Part shown: positions 57,401 through 64,000 of the stretch, in pieces
How the letters are laid out: each line of letters opens with the position of its first letter
How positions within the stretch are numbered: the first letter of the stretch is position 1
Origin: Balanoglossus misakiensis
Taxonomy: Eukaryota > Animalia > Hemichordata
Assembly: GCA_040954595.2 (NCBI GenBank)
Contig: CM082592.2
Span: 4,914,735 to 4,978,734, forward strand
Direction: 5' to 3'
Length of the DNA stretch: 64,000 bases
The notes under the pieces: model-generated
Told to the model about the DNA's origin: nothing
The model's database searches: none
The model's input: only the letters and a program-made list of their open reading frames with translations
Position numbers and translations under genes: made by a program

Positions 57401-60400
57401 TTGTCATGACAACCTGAATTTTTTTTATTATGTTTCTCTTTCTCAGGTCAAATCACATCATTGGTGCTTCCATCAAAACCTACCTGCTGGAGAAAACGAG
57501 GGTTGTTCATCAAGGTCTTGGAGAAAGAAATTTCCACATCTTTTACCAGGTACTGTTCTGTGTTATCCTTATCATGTTAAAATTTTACATTTACCAGAAA
57601 AAAAATGGATGAATATTGATAGAAAGAAGAGCAGCTTACGAATTCAACATATTTGCTCACTCGCATGTCATTCCATAACATTCCGCTATGTTACACATTT
57701 TCACACCAGTTGGTGCAGGGATGTAGTGAGACAGACAGAGAAGACTTGGGTCTGGCCAGCAGACAGGATTGTCACTTTAACTATCTGCCCCTGGATTGCT
57801 ATGACAACCATCCGCACCAGAGAGATGTCGACGTTGAAAACTTCGAGACGACGAAGTCTGCCATGTGTGGCGTGGGTCTGACTCCGCTGAAACAACAACA
57901 GATCTTCCAGGTAGACTCCCTGTAAACTGAAACCTAATTTTCTTATGACACAAGCAACTAAGTAAAGATTTAAAACATTCAGGTACTATTTGAAATTTCT
58001 GCCATGTAGTTGTTGTATTTAAACATTATTAAACTTATGGCTGGTGTTGTGGTTTGTTTTGTTTTATCTTCAGTTACTGTGTGGTATTTTATTCCTGGGA
58101 AATGTATCTTTTGTATCTGATGACGATTCAGCTGGCCCTTGTGAAATTGATGAAGATGATGCAGGTATGTTTAACTTCGGATATATACAGATTTTACACA
58201 GGCTTTATACATTCCTAGAAAGTTGACAGGTTTTTTTTAGTATCATCATCATCGTTGTCACCATCATCATCATTATCACCATCATCATCACCAACACCAC
58301 CACCACTGTGATTGTCATTATCTTCCCACCCCAGCATGTCAGAGGATATCTCGCTGACACCACCTGAAACCATTCTTTCTATTTGTCTCATCAGCATGTG
58401 TGCTGGCTGTGGAGAAAGCATCATCGTTTCTCGGACTGGAAGACGTCAAGATACTGCAGTGCCTCACATTCAGAAGGATCACAGCATCGCACAGCCGCAG
58501 GAAAAGCGTCTTCATGAAACCATGCTCACGGGAGGAGTCTATCGTCAGGAGAGACTGTCTGGCAAAGCTTCTGTATGCTAGGTATGTACGGTAAACAAAA
58601 TATTGTTTCACGAACGTTTCTAGCTCCTTGAAAACATGTGGCATTGCTATGCTCCAAAATGGCCTAACCAAATCGCCATCTACCCTGGATCATTCGTCAC
58701 CAAAATAGATGTATTGCCCTGTGGTGTTAGTTATGGTCTGGCAGAACACACCCACAATCCAGAACAGGCATTTACAGTTGCATCACTTTGTAACAGGTTA
58801 TTCGATTGGCTGGTGGAGTTCATCAACAAGAACACCGGTGCTGGGCAGAGCAGCTGGCCGTCGTTCATCGGCATCTTGGACGTCTACGGGTTCGAAAGCT
58901 TCGCCACCAACAGCCTGGAGCAGCTCTGCATAAATTATGCAAATGAGAAGCTACAGCAGCACTTTGTGACTCATTTCTTGAAAGCTGAACAGGTGAGATT
59001 CATCTCTTGTACCGGTATCATGCAAAGTATACATGTGTAGTTACTTGGGAGTTTGTCTGAGATGTTGACCTAGTTTTACCTTTCACCCCCAGTACCCTTT
59101 TTAGAGGTCTGACCTTACTATTCAAAACAGTGGGTTTGGACTGAACCATAGTAAGTGGTGAAAGGGTTAACCTGATAATTTCCAAGTATTGTCACTATGG
59201 TGTTTTTATGCATAAAGTGTTATATATGGAAATTTAATACTGTTATGAGTTCATAAAATATTACCATACGTTCAGTTGCGTTATCGGATCCACAACCATA
59301 CATTTATGAATGTACAGTCACCATAGCTGACAAGCATATCCCCATCAGGAGCTAAAGAAGGATAGCTAAACAAACTCCGTGAATTTACCACACAGGAGGA
59401 TTACAGAAAGGAAGGTATATCCTGGATGTATTGTAATTTTACTGACAACCGACCGTGTCTGGATCTCTTAGAAGGAAAGATGAGTGTCTTCTCCTTGATG
59501 AACGAGGTGGGTAAACGTCAAAACTACAAGCTTTTTTTGTTGAGTATACTTCAGCTGTTTGAAATGCACCACTGACTTCTTTTCACCTTCTGTCAACAGG
59601 AGTGTCGGTTGAACAGACAGAGTGACTCCAAGGCATTCAACGACAGAATTCACGACACTCTACACGGCCAGTCCATCTCCAAACCGCACATCTCCGTCAA
59701 CACGCCGTCATTCATCGTTCAACATTTTGCCGGCAAGGTCACTTACCAGGCAGAGGGACTGATTGAGAAAAACAAGGTATGGTGAGACGATGTTTTGAAA
59801 ACTCACTTCCTATGATGGTGACCCCCCAAAAAACATCTTACTGTAATTCTCATGGAAAAATTTCTAAATTTTTTTAAAACTAATAGAGCAACTCTACAGT
59901 CCAGAAATTTTCACTGGTTCTGACTATGTGAAAAGATGTAACCAATTTGTACTTTTGACTTTCCTCAGGATTGCATTCCTAGTGAACTGATTGAACTGGT
60001 GAGAGACAGCGACAATCGTTTTATCCAGCAGCTGTTCCATGGATTTTCATTGGACAGTCAGGTAAGAGGTCAAAGGTCAAACCTAGCAAATAAAGTAACA
60101 TGAAAACGCTGAAGCTATACGAATAATCTAGGAAATTTGGATAATCATACAGTTGTCATCGCATTTTCTTCCGTTAGGCTGGCGTACAAGGCAGTACCAA
60201 GAAAGGGAAACAGTCAGCTGTGACTGTGGTGTCAAAATTCAAGGTAGGATTGGAATCTTGTGAAGTAATTTGCATATTGTACTAGCCATTGAGAGGGTCT
60301 GATTAATTGGAACACATTGCAGGTGAAACATTGGTACACTTAGGTGCCTATACCATGCGGTAGCTGATGACATTTCAAAACATTGTCTGAAACATGCTGT

Positions 60401-62564
60401 TGATGGCTTCATGAAAATCATATTCCATGATCAAGCAGTAGGCACTCCTTAGTTTTGTGAAATGGACCCCTTACAAGTTGTTAGCACGTTCATTAAAACT
60501 TCCTCTGTCTATTACAGAGTTCACTGGACGAGTTGATGACAGTACTGAACAGCACCACCCCACAGTACATAAGGTGCATCAAACCCAACATGCAGTGCCA
60601 GGCGAGCCTCTTCGACAACCAGCAAGTCATCAATCAGCTGCTGGCGTGCGGTGTCTTGGAGACCGTCAACATCAGCAAAGCGGGATTCCCAGCCAGGTAT
60701 ATAAACACTGCCCTCTATAATTGTCCTCATCAATGACTTTTGTTTTTCAGTCATTTTGCGTTTCATCTTTGAACATTGTTTCATTCTTGATCTCTTACTT
60801 TCAGGTTATCTTATAATGAGTTTTTGGATCGTTACCAGATTCTAGTCAAATCTGCGACGAAATGTTCTTCACAACAGATTTCATCAATCGAAAACACAGA
60901 AAATCAGCTTCCTGAATGCACTCAACCGAGCAAAGAGAAGTTAGGTATGCAGAATAGATCAATTATATCTTTTCTTGATTTATTTTAATGTATTGTACAC
61001 ATTTCTCAATTTCTTACAATGTTATTAACTATGCTTCGTATTGCAATTTTTCTTACTATTTGGGTACACAAATGGTATTGCCATGCAAGTTTTGAAGTTG
61101 ATGGATTAATTGATCGATCAGATGGAACTCATTTTTAACCTCAATTTTTTTTCTCTTTCTGATACATTGATGATATAATTTCTGGCATATTTTTTTTGTA
61201 GGCACAGACAATGATATTTACCAGTCAAGTAAACACACAGTGGCTGCCATCATGTCCAAAGTATTTGGTGAAGCAGACAAGGAAAACGGCGCAGTTAACG
61301 CTCACTTTGGACACACCAAAATTTTTCTCAGGGATGGCCAGGTCAGTTGTCTAACACTATTCTTGGGGTTTGGATTTTAATTAATGTAGACGAGATGCAA
61401 ATGTGAAAATCGTGTTGCCAAGTGAATGCTAAATTGTTGATCGCTCTCATTTTTTTTTCGTTTCAGCTGGACGAACTTGAGATTGCGAGGACGCGGTTAC
61501 TCTCCAGGGCTGCCTTCACGATCCAGTGTGCATGGATGAGATACCGGAAGAGGAAAGGCACGGATGAGGTCATCCGCGCAGCCACCGCAATACAGGCGGG
61601 ATGGAGAGGCCACGTGGTCAGGAAGGAAGTCCGGAAAATGCACCGAGCAGCTCGGGTGATTCAGTACGCCCTGTTGAAGTTTGTGATACAGAGGAAAGAG
61701 AGCGAGAGGCAGAGGTTGTTGGAGCTGGAGTTGTCGGCCATTCAGCAGGAGGAGTCTGTGCTTGAGGAGTTGTCTGAGGTACGGGCCCATAACCCTGTCA
61801 CCCCCATGTTTCTGCGTGTGAATTCAACCAAAAGAATGGGGTTGAACCATGTGTTGGTGGGGGGGATATATGTTTTATGTAATAAATTGTAGAAATCATA
61901 TTGTCCCCTGGACTACATCCCAAGGGATGTGTGTACGCACAGTTTATCTAAGTTCATATTTTCTGAAGCAATCAGTGTACTGTTATGTGTGATGTATTTG
62001 CAAGTACTATCATACATGAAAAGTGCAAAATAGCTTGAAAATCTATATGGAAGATTTGAAAATAACCACTTTATTTTGACTTTATTGCAGATGTCGATAT
62101 CCCTAGCAACAGACAGCGAAGACGACTCGGAGAATTCTCTCAACCAGTCGTCTTGGGAGTCCAGCTGTTCAGTCAGCAACAACGCAGATGCAAGCGGTCA
62201 GCAGACAAGTGGCGCAAACAGCGACGTGACGAGAGAAGTCAGTGATGACCTGTTGAGGGCGCCAAACAGCTACTACGCTGGCAGGTTGGTGCACAGGGTG
62301 TCTCCTGTACACTTCCTCAGCCAGTGCCGGGGAAGGACAGTCGACAATGATAATGATCATGATAATGATGATGATGATGATGGTAATGATGACCTCTCCT
62401 CTGTTGGTGACGTCACCGAGGAAAGCGATTCGCAGCGACACGACAGCGGAGAGACGAGAACGTCATCGCGAACCGCCATGGATGTCCTCACCACGCCGTC
62501 TGTGGACATTGTATTTGCTGCAGCTATGGTGGGGTTACTCCTCCACGGACCTCTGCGATTCTAA
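54453..62564 (+). CDS. MYO19: Unconventional myosin XIX (mitochondria-associated myosin), about 23 coding exons
   Basis: Motor motifs diagnostic of MYO19: [115 protein letters not shown] and [13 protein letters not shown]. Three IQ motifs lie in exon 61467-61778. The terminal exon (62091-62564) and the 5' exons are less certain. Confidence 0.9.
58241..58320. repeat. Imperfect (ATC/ACC)n microsatellite in a MYO19 intron
   Basis: tatcatcatcatcgttgtcaccatcatcatcattatcaccatcatcatcaccaacaccaccacc. Confidence 0.85.
59075..59170. mobile_element. Short MITE-like element with imperfect TIRs ending in TTAA (piggyBac-like), in a MYO19 intron
   Basis: The left end tttacctttcacccc matches the reverse complement of the right end ggtgaaagggttaa. 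The interior is similar to 29822-29896. Confidence 0.6.
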
Positions 62565-63564
62565 GGCGAGCAGCACAATTTCCTGTATTAATGCGTTGAA
62601 CCATTGATCCTGTGTTGAGAAGCTAAGCAAACCACAACAAAATTATTTTAAAATTTTAGGGTGTTTTCTCTTGGATGATCTTATTTTAGGGCTGGTAATA
62701 CACAGCATGAAATTGTTGGATGAATTTCTACGGTTAAGGTTGCCTATCCTACTTATTTCAGACGCCATAGTAAATCATTCATATCAACTCTCCCACATTT
62801 TTAACATGGGCAGTGTGTATAATATTCCAAATACTAACCTTTGAGTTAACAGCCTAACAAGAATTTTAATCATAGATTTTTTTTACCAAAATCAAAATTT
62901 GAATGTTTATCTCAGCAATGATTGAGCATGTTCCCACTTTTACTTTGACAGAATAACAGTTTCACACTTGTCAATCCTGCGAAGATATGAACAAAACTGA
63001 GATTATAGTGTCCATGGAGTAGTTTTAAGGGACGTAATCTGTTTGCGCATAATCACTGCCAGATGAATTATTTGTGAACTGCAATAATCAGTACAGAATA
63101 TATATGCATTATGTCATAATTTACCAACATTTACATTGATATCATATTTATCATCTATACTGCCATCGCAATGCTACTGTTTTAGACTTGAAATTATTAA
63201 AAAAGATCCATTGACTCAGAATGACTTGTTGTAGAAGACATGTACTACGGTACAATACATGTATGTTGAACAAAAGACAGTTGACACATCAATGTGTGTG
63301 TGTGCATGCGAGAACCTAACTTTTAATGTGTACAAACATCCTCGAAAAATAAACGCAACCAAATCAGCAAAACAAGCACCGGATAAACATGACTGCGTAT
63401 GTTCTACCCTAGTCGCACGAGGCGCATTTGTAGAACGCGCGTGCGTTGTGCGCGTCCGATTTGCGAACGTCTCGATGGTAACTCTCCGCGTGTCCATCCG
63501 CCACTGTGGAACGTCTCTACGGTAACTTGTAAACAGAACGTCATCTTCCATCGTGTTTTCAGCC

Positions 63565-63930
63565 ATGGAGGACCCTTTTGTGATACCGCTCTTGTATTTT
63601 GCGGATTTGCCGCCGGCAACGACTTTCTTTACCACGATAACTTACTTGACAATAATGTTCTATCGAAGCAATGGATGCACTTGGCCAAAACGACGCGGTA
63701 AGTGTAAAACTTGCGTTTTTAGAGAGTTTGAAAGCATGTGTCTACACCTTGAAGCAGACACTGCACCTTAGTATTCGTGTTATGATCTCCAGACTATGTT
63801 CACCGTCACTTAACTGTTTATTTCAAAATTATTTCCATTTCAGCGGGCACCAGTAAGAAATCAAAGTGCATGGACTCCAAGAAAGAGCAGAGAGAGTCCA
63901 GCGTCGATCCGCCCCATCTGCCGTTGGTTG
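63565..63930 (+). CDS. Probable 5' exons of an unidentified gene (partial, running off the window)
   Basis: A CpG-rich patch at 63410-63520 is followed by an exon at ~63537-63697 (acag...gtaagt) with a GCCATGG start, and an exon at 63844-63930 (ttcag...gtaaga). They join in frame as MEDPFVIPLLYFADLPPATTFFTTITYLTIMFYRSNGCTWPKRRAGTSKKSKCMDSKKEQRE. No family was recognised. Confidence 0.4.
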
Positions 63931-64000
63931 GTAAGAATGGTAGGCGTAAAGATGGCAAGATATTGCGACCTTTGTTTGCCGATGCCTTGGGCGACCTGTT

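Overview
This is eukaryotic genomic DNA from a bilaterian invertebrate; the species cannot be determined from the sequence. It is AT-rich and intron-rich, with GC3-rich exons. Eight multi-exon protein-coding genes can be reconstructed by hand from splice sites and protein motifs: PPM1E/F-like phosphatase (-), paxillin (-), ARMC5 (-), a 7-exon transposase-derived gene (+), LZTR1 (-), a METTL24-like methyltransferase (-), GST theta (-) and MYO19 (+). The start of a probable ninth gene lies at the right edge. The best candidate for something undescribed is the transposase-derived gene. It has an intact DDE triad of Kolobok/MULE-like (DxxH) type, is spliced to a novel N-terminus, has no convincing terminal repeats, and sits head-to-head with ARMC5, which suggests a domesticated transposase. 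Other notable signals are a U12 minor intron in LZTR1 at the position of the human one, ARMC5-paxillin microsynteny, a MYO19 with an SH3-like N-terminus and a hydrophobic C-terminus, a GST theta ending in a PTS1 signal, a dense RGGTCA cluster and strong TACATGTA enrichment. All gene models and family calls come from manual reading and recalled protein sequences, not database searches, so exon coordinates may be off by a few bases.
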